From: Candidatus Micrarchaeota archaeon
GTDB taxonomy: Archaea; Micrarchaeota; Micrarchaeia; Micrarchaeales; CABMGC01
Length of the DNA stretch: 49,479 bases
Direction: 5' to 3'
Assembly: GCA_021803945.1 (NCBI GenBank)
Contig: JAJZKW010000006.1
Location: 1-49,479, forward strand
The position numbers and the translations under genes are program-made. This document shows, one piece after another, positions 8,763 to 16,176 of the stretch. Positions within the stretch are counted from its first letter, which is position 1. Each line of letters starts with the position of its first letter. Under the pieces are notes generated by a model. The model was given only the letters and a program-made list of their open reading frames with translations, was not told where the DNA came from and did not search any database.

Positions 8763-10550
8763 ATGATGGCAATACTGATTATATTCCCTTTGCTGGCTGC
8801 CATGGCCGGAATATCACTGCTCAAGGACTATTCAAAGGCAAAGTATGTCGCGATAGGCGGAGCTGTGGTCAGTGCGGTCCTCCTGCCGCTTGTAAGTTAC
8901 GGCTCAAATACCTTTTCATGGTTTGCCATAGGCAAATTAGTCATAAACCTAACCTTCTCCGTCACCCCGCTGAACCTCATGCTCCTTGCGCTTGTATCTG
9001 TCATAGCCATACTGGTTCTAGTATATTCGAGCGGATACATAAACTCGCCACTGGAGCAGAAGAGGTATTACATAGAGATCCTCGCGTTCCAGGCTGCGAT
9101 GTCGGTCTTCGCTGTGAGCGGCAATTTCATAGTGCTCTTCATTGCCTGGGAGTTCCTGAGCCTCACCAGCTACCTTCTGATAGGTTTCTGGAACAGGCAT
9201 GCTGCTGCCAACAGGGCCGCTCGAAGGGCACTGACGATTATCTTCATAGGCGACCTCGCACTCCTAGGATCTATAATTATTTTCTGGCATGTGTTCGGCA
9301 CATTCGGGTTTGCACAGATACTTTCTTCTGTCGCGTCTCAAACAGGAATAGATACTACAATAGCCGTACTGCTCCTTCTCACTGCAATATTCACGAAATC
9401 TGCGCAGTTCCCATTCCACGAGTGGCTAATAGACGCAATGGAAGGCCCTACTCCTGTCTCCGCGTTCCTGCATTCATCGACAATGGTAAAGGCGGGCGTG
9501 TTTGTCGTAATACTGCTTTATCCATTGTTCCTGATCTCTGGAATAAGGGCTATAATACTGGTATTCGGGTTGGCCACTGCCTTAATATCAACACTTGCAG
9601 CAACGCGCGAGATGCACATAAAGAAGGTCATAGCCTATTCGACGATACAGGAGCTCTCGATAATGCTCGTTGCAGTCAGCAGCGGAGCCGTGCTTGCTGC
9701 AATATACTTCTTCTTCGTGCAGAGCTTCTACAAGGCACTCTTGTTCTTCAGCGCGGGCGTGATAACCAAGTCGACAGGAAAGGAGAAACTGAACGAGATC
9801 TCAGGCCTCAGGTACAATAAGCTTGCCTACATCGCCACCATCTTCGGAGCCCTATCCCTTGCAGGGTTCATTCCATTTTCAGGGTTCTTCTCAAACGCCG
9901 AGGTGAGCACAGCGCTATACTCCAACTTCGCCGTCTATGCCATAATGTCAGGCATATCGATACTGACAAGCTTCTACATAATAAGGTGGCTCTCATACGG
10001 AGCAAAGGACACAAAGAACTCCGCCGTGCAGACAAGGTACATGGGCCTTCCAGGTAGCATGGTATATCCGATGGCTGCACTCGCTGTGCTTACTGTGGCA
10101 GCATCTGCCGCTTTCCTGTACGTGGGAGGATTCCTAAACTTCGGGGGATACCTTGCATACCTGCCAATCCAGGCAAGCGCGTACATAAGCATTACAGACG
10201 GCATCTTTTTCACAGTATTGATAGCAATAGGTGCAGTGCTCAGTTACAACGTCTATTATAGGAACTGCGTCAAGTCCGGCAGCAAGGCATTCGACAGGAT
10301 AATATACACGAGGCAGGCGATGGAATTCGGATACGATCTCGTATCAAGGGTGATGTACGGCCTTTCAGCAGGCATTGCCGAATTCGATTCCTACCTTAAT
10401 GAGGGTTTTGACAGGATAGGGAGAGTGACCGTGAGGTCGGGATACGGGATAAGGAGGTTCTCTGTCGGCAACATAAATTCATACGCGCTGATATTCATAA
10501 TAGGGGTGCTGGTCCTCTTCGTCTCCTTCTATTTCCTGGTGGTGCTATGA
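8763..10550 (+). CDS. nuoL: NADH-quinone oxidoreductase subunit L (antiporter-like, long form)
   Basis: IAWEFLSLTSYLLIGFW, FPFHEWLIDAMEGPTPVSAFLHSSTMVKAGVF. About 596 aa, consistent with a C-terminal lateral extension. First ATG after the nuoK stop. Confidence 0.9.
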   Translation: MMAILIIFPLLAAMAGISLLKDYSKAKYVAIGGAVVSAVLLPLVSYGSNTFSWFAIGKLVINLTFSVTPLNLMLLALVSVIAILVLVYSSGYINSPLEQKRYYIEILAFQAAMSVFAVSGNFIVLFIAWEFLSLTSYLLIGFWNRHAAANRAARRALTIIFIGDLALLGSIIIFWHVFGTFGFAQILSSVASQTGIDTTIAVLLLLTAIFTKSAQFPFHEWLIDAMEGPTPVSAFLHSSTMVKAGVFVVILLYPLFLISGIRAIILVFGLATALISTLAATREMHIKKVIAYSTIQELSIMLVAVSSGAVLAAIYFFFVQSFYKALLFFSAGVITKSTGKEKLNEISGLRYNKLAYIATIFGALSLAGFIPFSGFFSNAEVSTALYSNFAVYAIMSGISILTSFYIIRWLSYGAKDTKNSAVQTRYMGLPGSMVYPMAALAVLTVAASAAFLYVGGFLNFGGYLAYLPIQASAYISITDGIFFTVLIAIGAVLSYNVYYRNCVKSGSKAFDRIIYTRQAMEFGYDLVSRVMYGLSAGIAEFDSYLNEGFDRIGRVTVRSGYGIRRFSVGNINSYALIFIIGVLVLFVSFYFLVVL

Positions 10551-11935
10551 GCTCCATATACTTCTATCTCCTCTTCGTCCTCTCTTCCCTATTCGTGCTG
10601 TTGAACCTGGCAAGCAAGGCACTGGGCAGCAGGAGGAGAGAGCATCTTGCCATAAACGCAGTCATCCTAATCCTGATTCTCGTAGACCTCCTGTTCCTTC
10701 TCATGTCCGGCTATTCAGGTCTGTTCGCCGGGGTGTTCTCCGCTAATCCGTTCTCCCTGTTCATGGCTTCGATATTCACCGCAGGCCTGCTGCTGGTAAA
10801 CCTGATAGCCTTCAACTATTCAGAGAACTATGTGGACTTCGCGGTCATAGGCGCATTCGCACTCATAGGCATGTATGTCGTGTCGTCTTCCACATCTTTA
10901 ATAACGATATTCCTCGGCCTCGAGCTTGCGAGCATACCTATGGTCTTCGCAATACTCCTGTCAAAGAAGAGCATAGAGGCAGCGGCAAAGCTCTTCATAA
11001 TGGCGTCAATAGCCATAGCAGTGATATCATTCGCAATCGTCTTGGTATACGGTGCATCGAGCAGCTTCGCGCTGAGATCGTATTCGCAGGGCACCCTCAT
11101 AGCGTTTGCAGGCATACTCTTCATATCCGCCATTGGGTTTGAGGCGTCAATATTCCCGTTCAACGTCCTTATCCCTGACGTGTACTCGGGGTCTTCTGCA
11201 TACGTCACGGCGATGCTCGGAGGCATGAACAAGAAAGTGGGATTTGCTGCGCTCATACAAATACTAATACTGGTATTCATCGCAGACAAGCAGCTTTTCA
11301 TCATAGTTGCCATCCTATCCGTCCTGACAATGACTTACGGGAACATTGTAGCACTGATGCAGAAGAATTTGAAGAGGATGCTCGCTTATTCGTCGATCTC
11401 ACAGGCAGGATACATACTGATCGGAATAGCCGCTGCTACACCGCAGGGAATCTCGGCAAGCCTGTTCCAGATCTTCTCTCACATGTTTCTATTTATAGGT
11501 CTGATGGCCATAGTCGCGTTGCTGGAGAAGAGGAACAGAGCAGGCATAGACGACTTGATAGGGCTCAGGTCTGAAAACAGCTATCTTGCCATTGCACTTG
11601 CCATTTTCATGCTGTCCCTGCTGGGGCTACCATTCACTACCGGATTCATAGGGAAGCTCCTGCTCTTCCTAAGCGCAATAAATGCGAACCTTGTATGGCT
11701 TGCGATAATAGGGATAATAAACAGCGTAATCTCCATATTCTATTACATCAGGGCGATATCTGCCGCATACACCGAGAAGGAAGGAGGAAGGCAGATAAGG
11801 ACGGATAAGACCATCGCTGCGGTAGTGTTCATATGCCTATTCATAACAATAGCATTCGGAATCTATCCGCAGCCGATAATAGGCCTAACTAATAATGCAG
11901 CTGCATTCCTCTTTCATGCAGCCCAGCATGCATAA
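10547..11935 (+). CDS. nuoN: NADH-quinone oxidoreductase subunit N (antiporter-like)
   Basis: FLGLELASIPM and RMLAYSSISQAGYILIG fit the NuoN pattern better than NuoM (WE..L.P). ATGA overlap with the nuoL stop. Last gene of the operon. Confidence 0.8.
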   Translation: MSSIYFYLLFVLSSLFVLLNLASKALGSRRREHLAINAVILILILVDLLFLLMSGYSGLFAGVFSANPFSLFMASIFTAGLLLVNLIAFNYSENYVDFAVIGAFALIGMYVVSSSTSLITIFLGLELASIPMVFAILLSKKSIEAAAKLFIMASIAIAVISFAIVLVYGASSSFALRSYSQGTLIAFAGILFISAIGFEASIFPFNVLIPDVYSGSSAYVTAMLGGMNKKVGFAALIQILILVFIADKQLFIIVAILSVLTMTYGNIVALMQKNLKRMLAYSSISQAGYILIGIAAATPQGISASLFQIFSHMFLFIGLMAIVALLEKRNRAGIDDLIGLRSENSYLAIALAIFMLSLLGLPFTTGFIGKLLLFLSAINANLVWLAIIGIINSVISIFYYIRAISAAYTEKEGGRQIRTDKTIAAVVFICLFITIAFGIYPQPIIGLTNNAAAFLFHAAQHA

Positions 11936-11947
11936 CATCCAGCACTG

Positions 11948-11956
11948 AAAAAAAAA
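11948..11956 (-). terminator. oligo-T tract (T9 on minus strand) downstream of uS11
   Basis: Nine consecutive A on the plus strand, 29 nt beyond the uS11 stop, in the 49-bp convergent gap with nuoN. Archaeal terminators are typically oligo-T runs. Confidence 0.4.
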
Positions 11957-11984
11957 CAGACCCCGAGTCCAATGAAAGAGAAGC

Positions 11985-12494
11985 CTAAACTCTCCTTCCT
12001 CTCCTTCCTCCAGGCCTCTTTGTCGTATCGGTTGGTATCGGCGTCACGTCCTCTATGCTGCCTATCTTTATGCCGCTCCTTGCAAGCGCCCTTACTACTG
12101 CCTGTGCTCCAGGCCCAGGTATCTTGGAGCCGTGGCCTCCAGGCGCCCGTATCTTTATGTTTATGTTCGTGACTCCCTTCTCTATTGCGACTGCAGCAAC
12201 CTTGTACGCAGCCTGCATCCCTGCATAAGGAGATCCCTCTTCATGATCAGCGCTGACCACCATGCCTCCGCTCCCTGTAGCAATCGTCTCTGCTCCGGAA
12301 AGGTCTGTAAGCGTTATTATCGTGTTGTTCTTTGACGAATGTATATGCGCAACCCCCCATCTGATGGCTTTAGGTATGTACTTCTGCTGCGCCTCTATCG
12401 CAATGTTTTCATATGATATGTTCTCCTTCTTCGTCTCCGTCTGCTGCTTCTCCTGCTTTGCGGCCTTTGGCTCTTGTTTCTTCTTACCTGGCAT
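11985..12494 (-). CDS. rps11: 30S ribosomal protein uS11 with Lys/Gln/Glu-rich N-terminal extension
   Basis: [19 protein letters not shown]...[10 protein letters not shown]...[31 protein letters not shown]...GGRRGRRV. About 35-40 extra N-terminal residues ([24 protein letters not shown]...). Confidence 0.95.
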   Translation of the reverse strand: MPGKKKQEPKAAKQEKQQTETKKENISYENIAIEAQQKYIPKAIRWGVAHIHSSKNNTIITLTDLSGAETIATGSGGMVVSADHEEGSPYAGMQAAYKVAAVAIEKGVTNINIKIRAPGGHGSKIPGPGAQAVVRALARSGIKIGSIEDVTPIPTDTTKRPGGRRGRRV

Positions 12495-12496
12495 TC

Positions 12497-13048
12497 TTAT
12501 TCCTCTTTAGTCTGCTGTGCAGCTTCTACCTTGACCTCATCAACCTTCGCTGCAGGAGCCGGCTGTTCCGGATTCAGGTCTATCGGTTTGTAGTATCCTA
12601 TCATTGTCTCTTCGCTTGCCTTGACCAGATATCCAGGCGACTTCACCTTTCTCCCGTTTATCGATATAAACCCATGCGTTATAAGCTGCCTTGCCTGCTT
12701 CTGCGTCTTGGCAAGCCCGTTCCTGAACACAACTGACTGCAGCCTTCTGTTCAATATCGATTCTGTAGTGACCTCAAGGAGGTCGTCTATCTTCGCGTCC
12801 TTCCCGACTATGCTATATCTTGCAAGCCTCTCTATCATCTCCTTACCCACACTCTCCTTTACCCTTGTCGACAGCACTTCCCTCGCGTTCCTCTTTATCC
12901 TGCTTACTTCCGTTGCAGCAGTCCAGAGCTCCCTGAGGTTCCTCAGCCCGTATTTCTCCTTGATGTCATGCTCTCGCTCTATCCTTCCGCTGTCCCACAT
13001 GATCTTCGAGCGATCGTACTTCTTCCTTATCCTTTTTGGATCTCCCAT
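12497..13048 (-). CDS. rps4: 30S ribosomal protein uS4
   Basis: [15 protein letters not shown]-terminus. S4 RNA-binding domain [35 protein letters not shown]. Acidic/Ala-rich C-terminal tail. Confidence 0.95.
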   Translation of the reverse strand: MGDPKRIRKKYDRSKIMWDSGRIEREHDIKEKYGLRNLRELWTAATEVSRIKRNAREVLSTRVKESVGKEMIERLARYSIVGKDAKIDDLLEVTTESILNRRLQSVVFRNGLAKTQKQARQLITHGFISINGRKVKSPGYLVKASEETMIGYYKPIDLNPEQPAPAAKVDEVKVEAAQQTKEE

Positions 13049-13053
13049 TCAGC

Positions 13054-13650
13054 TCACTTCTTTGCCTCTGCTGCAGGTGCAGCTGCGCCTCCTCCACCTC
13101 CTGCAGTCTTTGCAGGAGCCTTGGCCGCTTTCTGCGCCTCTTCGGCCGCCTTCTTTGTGACCCCGACAGTCGCGCCTGTCCTTCCTGTGGATCTTGTCTT
13201 CTGTCCGCGCACCTTCTGTCCCCACCTGTGCCTGAATCCCCTCCACGACTGTATCTTTATATCATTATCTATGTCCTGTTTCACTTTGACTATAAGGTCT
13301 GTCCCAACAAGGTGGAGGTTCTCTCCTGTCTCTCTGTCGTTCCTCCTGTTGAGCAGGTATAGCGGGATCTTCGCCTGCTTAGGGTCCTTGAGCAGCCCTT
13401 CTATCTTTTCTATTCCTTCCTCGTCAAGCGACCCTATCTTTGTGCTTTTTGGTATGTTGTACATGTCCCTTATCGATATAGAAAGAGCGCTGGCAAGGTT
13501 GTATCCCACGCCTTTTATCTGCATTAGCGCATCCTGTATGTTCAGGTCGCCGTCTATGTCCCTTCCCGCGATCCTGACTATGCTCTGTGCCTGGGCCTTC
13601 TGCTTTTCCTGATGTTCCTTTGGTTTTTGTTCCTCTTCCTTAGCCATCAA
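13054..13650 (-). CDS. rps13: 30S ribosomal protein uS13 with low-complexity N- and C-terminal tails
   Basis: IVRIAGRDIDGDL...IKGVGYNLA...WRGFRHRWGQKVRGQKTRSTGR core. 198 aa versus about 150 typical. C-tail KKAAEEAQKAAKAPAKTAGGGGGAAAPAAEAKK. Confidence 0.95.
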   Translation of the reverse strand: MMAKEEEQKPKEHQEKQKAQAQSIVRIAGRDIDGDLNIQDALMQIKGVGYNLASALSISIRDMYNIPKSTKIGSLDEEGIEKIEGLLKDPKQAKIPLYLLNRRNDRETGENLHLVGTDLIVKVKQDIDNDIKIQSWRGFRHRWGQKVRGQKTRSTGRTGATVGVTKKAAEEAQKAAKAPAKTAGGGGGAAAPAAEAKK

Positions 13651-13825
13651 TGCACCGAATAATCATAATACATTTTAAAGACGTTAAATTTTGCCGACCT
13701 CGCGAAGGCAAACCCATGTTTTAAGGCATGGAATGTTATATTATACCTGTAATAAAGCTTTTTAAGCTTTCTAAACCTCCGGCATGCATGCAGTTCAATT
13801 GCAGAAGAAAGCGCCAAGGTTGGGA

Positions 13826-13858
13826 TTTCCATAGGTTTTGGATCAGCCCAAAGCCCAA
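13826..13858 (-). other. tRNA intron 2 (non-canonical, T-loop position 59/60, 33 nt)
   Basis: Exon TTCA (54-57) pairs with intron TGGA as a 4-bp central helix. Both bulges are AA|T. Outer helix is the T stem TTGGG/CCCAA; inner helix is TGGG/CCTA plus hairpin TTTGG-GCTGAT-CCAAA. The exact junction is ambiguous by 1-3 nt because AAAT occurs at both ends. Confidence 0.65.
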
Positions 13859-13892
13859 TTTGAACCCAAACGGCTCGTGAGAGCCATACGCT

Positions 13893-13905
13893 TGCTGGAA
13901 AAGAT
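13893..13905 (-). other. tRNA intron 1 (canonical position 37/38, 13 nt ATCTTTTCCAGCA)
   Basis: Intron CCAG pairs with exon CTGG (positions 32-35) as a 4-bp central helix flanked by 3-nt bulges AA|A and CA|A. The distal side is only a short loop (bulge-helix-loop-like). Confidence 0.7.
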
Positions 13906-13969
13906 TTCCAGGCGTACGCGTTACCAGATTCTGCCACCTTGGCACATTATAGCTATTGATCATAGCGCA

Positions 13970-13978
13970 TATTTAAAT
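13970..13978 (-). promoter_or_regulatory. TATA-like box (ATTTAAATA on minus strand) upstream of tRNA-Ser
   Basis: Lies 27-35 nt upstream of the tRNA 5' end at 13943. Confidence 0.35.
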
Positions 13979-13993
13979 CATGCTCTTGGCCGA

Positions 13994-14854
13994 TCAGAAG
14001 AATGCAAGAAGAAGCGCTCCGGCCACTGCCACTATGAGTCCGCCTGCCTGAAGCAGCGTAAGCCTGTCAAGGTATATCTTCCTGGACGCTATTGCTACTA
14101 CTATAGGAGTAAGCGCGATTATGCTTGCGCCCTGCGCCAGCTCCTTGAACAGTATCAGGTATCCAAAGATGAGGCTGCCTGCCCCTATCGCAACGCCTAC
14201 TGCCACAGAGCTCTCCAGTCTCTCCATTCCGCCTTTATGTCCCTGAACCGGCTTTTTTTCAGGCAGTGCAAATGACGCTACTGCCCCGGTAAGGGTTGCA
14301 AATAGCGCAGCGATAAGGCCCTCCAGCAGGTACGTGCCAGAGTTCAGTATAGAGTACGCCATGAGCGTCCATAGCACAGCCCAGCAGATAAATCCAAGCA
14401 GCGCGTAGACAAGCTTCATGTTTATGCGCAGCTTCTCAGTGAGTATCACCATGAACGACCCCAGGAATATAAGTATTATGCCTGCATCCTGCCCTGCTCT
14501 GAGGCTGAATATCTCTCCAAGTATGAAAGCCCCAAGTATGACCAGCCATGCCTTGAAGAATTCCGACAGCGCGAACGTGTTAGTTGTCTGCTCTGTTGCA
14601 AGGGATTTGTAAAGAAGAAGGAATCCAAGCCCATAGAATATGCCTGCCGCAACTGCAAGCGATGCGGAATAGGAGGTCATGTGCTGCGTTCCAGATATCG
14701 CTATCAGGAGAAGGAATGGCACCATGCTGGCCGCTCCGACCACCACAACAGCGCGCCTGTACCCGTATTTTACAACCACCTTCTTGCCGAATATGTCTGC
14801 TACAGAATAAAATATCAGGACAACAGCCGCCAATACGACTCCTGCGCTTATCAT
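13994..14854 (-). CDS. EamA/DMT-superfamily transporter
   Basis: 286 aa, about 10 hydrophobic helices arranged as two similar halves. N-terminal ...VADIFGKKVV... typical of the EamA family. Confidence 0.75.
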   Translation of the reverse strand: MISAGVVLAAVVLIFYSVADIFGKKVVVKYGYRRAVVVVGAASMVPFLLLIAISGTQHMTSYSASLAVAAGIFYGLGFLLLYKSLATEQTTNTFALSEFFKAWLVILGAFILGEIFSLRAGQDAGIILIFLGSFMVILTEKLRINMKLVYALLGFICWAVLWTLMAYSILNSGTYLLEGLIAALFATLTGAVASFALPEKKPVQGHKGGMERLESSVAVGVAIGAGSLIFGYLILFKELAQGASIIALTPIVVAIASRKIYLDRLTLLQAGGLIVAVAGALLLAFF

Positions 14855-14875
14855 GGTCTCACGAGCAATATGGTG

Positions 14876-15379
14876 CTACTCTTTCTTATAGTTTCCCATG
14901 CCAGGCAGCATATGCCTGACTCCGCCAGTCGGATCCTGGACATCGCCGAAATATCTCGGTATTATGTGCAGGTGAAGGTGGTCTATGGTCCTTCCTGCAG
15001 CCCTGCCGTCGTTTATGCCGTAATTGTAGCCGTCAGGCCTCTTCCCAAGCCCGACATGTTTTAGCATGAGTCGGCAGAACTCTTCCGACCTCCTGCTTAA
15101 CGGAGAGTCTGCGAAGCCGCTGTACAGCGCCCTGAAGTCAGTCTTTTCTATGACGCTTATCGCAGAGCGGATCGCGCCGTACAAGTCACTCCACTCCTCG
15201 TCTTCAAGCGACAGCACGGATTCGATATGCCGCTTCGGTATGACTTCTGAATGGCCCGGTGAGGCTGGGAACCTGTCAAACTGGGCGAAGAAGAACTTGG
15301 TCTCAAGTATCACTCCAGTGCGAGACTCATATATCTTGCAGAACGTGCAGCTGCTATTTTTCGTTGCGGTATCGGCCAT
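14876..15379 (-). CDS. HIT-family nucleotide hydrolase/transferase
   Basis: CTFCKI, PASPGHSEVIPKRH and histidine triad DHLHLHIIPR, then DPTGGVRHMLPG tail. Start at internal ATG (MADTATK...) of ORF 14876..15502. Confidence 0.85.
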   Translation of the reverse strand: MADTATKNSSCTFCKIYESRTGVILETKFFFAQFDRFPASPGHSEVIPKRHIESVLSLEDEEWSDLYGAIRSAISVIEKTDFRALYSGFADSPLSRRSEEFCRLMLKHVGLGKRPDGYNYGINDGRAAGRTIDHLHLHIIPRYFGDVQDPTGGVRHMLPGMGNYKKE

Positions 15380-15558
15380 GAAACTACCATAAGCAAGGCT
15401 GTAGAAACTATACCAACATCTAAGTGACAAATTATATAACTGTAGGTCTTGTTGCCGCCAGGGCCGACTCCGGCCAATGCCGAATTCCCGCAGCCTACCC
15501 ATGGCGCATGCATGCAGGCATATGCATAATTATAAACTTTTATAATACAAGTTGAATC

Positions 15559-16167
15559 ATGGCAAAAAGGATAGCGCTGTGCATTACCGGAGCTTCAGGG
15601 GCGGCCTTTGCATACAGATTCCTCGAAGAGGCGTCCAAGGCGAACGGCGTAGAGACGCATCTTGTCATAAGCAAGTCCGGAGGCATGGTGATAAAGCAGG
15701 AGCTGGGCATAAGCGTGCAAGACGTGCAGGGCCTGGCAGACTTCAGCTACGATGAGCACAACTTCATGGCTCCGATAGCGAGCGGATCCTTCAGGCTTTG
15801 CGGGACGCTTGTCTCTCCATGCTCCATGAAGACGCTGTCAGGGATAGCGCATGCGTATGAGAGCAACCTGATAATCCGGTGCGCTTCTATAGCCCTCAAG
15901 GAGAAGTGGAAGCTCGTCCTGATGCCAAGGGAGACCCCATTAAGCACCATACACATAAAGAACATGCTCGAGGCCTCGAGGGCAGGCGCGATAATAATGC
16001 CGCCCATGCCCCAATTCTACTTCAAGCCTAAGGACATCAGCAGCCTTATAGACATGACTGTCGGGAAGATGCTCTCCATCTTCGATATCGAGAGCAGCCT
16101 GAGCAGGGAATGGGGCTCTGACAAGGCAGCGCTGAAGGAGTTCGAGCCTTCCGACGGAATATACTGA
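15559..16167 (+). CDS. ubiX: flavin prenyltransferase UbiX (prenyl-FMN synthase)
   Basis: RIALCITGASGAAFAYRFLE, SPCSMKTLSGIAHAY and LMPRETPLS motifs. Confidence 0.9.
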   Translation: MAKRIALCITGASGAAFAYRFLEEASKANGVETHLVISKSGGMVIKQELGISVQDVQGLADFSYDEHNFMAPIASGSFRLCGTLVSPCSMKTLSGIAHAYESNLIIRCASIALKEKWKLVLMPRETPLSTIHIKNMLEASRAGAIIMPPMPQFYFKPKDISSLIDMTVGKMLSIFDIESSLSREWGSDKAALKEFEPSDGIY

Positions 16168-16176
16168 GGCGAGCCT

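Larger units (their letters stand above)
13812..13943 (-). tRNA. tRNA-Ser (anticodon GGA) precursor gene with two introns (86 nt after splicing)
   Basis: Minus strand: GCCAAGG-TG-GCAG-AATCTGGTAA-CGC-G-TACGC-CTGGAA[13-nt intron]A-GCGTA-T-GGCTC-TCAC-GAGCC-GT-TTGGG-TTCAAA[33-nt intron]T-CCCAA-CCTTGGC-G. Perfect 7-bp acceptor, 5-bp anticodon stem, U33-GGA-A37, long variable arm, canonical T arm after splicing, discriminator G. The D stem is weak (2 Watson-Crick pairs plus A.C). Confidence 0.8.

Noticed and set aside
8918-9820. 300-aa alternative-frame ORF inside nuoL
   Set aside because: Same strand but out of frame with a protein carrying unmistakable NuoL motifs. The product is Arg/Cys/His-rich nonsense typical of off-frame reading of a GC-balanced membrane gene.
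10547-11935. Calling the last antiporter-like subunit NuoM
   Set aside because: The GLELASIP and AYSSISQAGY motifs and the terminal operon position fit NuoN better. NuoM normally shows WE..L.P and lies between L and N. Kept as NuoN, with the missing M flagged as a finding.
13054-13200. GC-rich low-complexity DNA at the 3' end of the uS13 gene, considered as a possible tandem repeat
   Set aside because: It is in frame with uS13 and encodes its Ala/Gly/Lys tail. No exact nucleotide period is visible.
13755-13771. Small palindromes in the uS13 upstream region: AAAGCTT-TTT-AAGCTTT at 13755-13771 and TTTGCC-N11-GGCAAA at about 13690-13712
   Set aside because: Stems of 6-7 bp in AT-rich spacer are too short to separate from chance. 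They could be a tRNA-Ser terminator or a uS13 leader structure, but nothing supports a specific call.
13647-14275. Three overlapping ORFs in the track (13647..13937 minus, 13736..13963 minus, 13838..14275 plus) filling the uS13-EamA gap
   Set aside because: They overlap one another and the well-folding tRNA-Ser(GGA) gene and its promoter. Their compositions are unlike the neighbouring genes, and the 145-aa plus-strand ORF is antisense to the EamA gene 3' end. Treated as non-coding.
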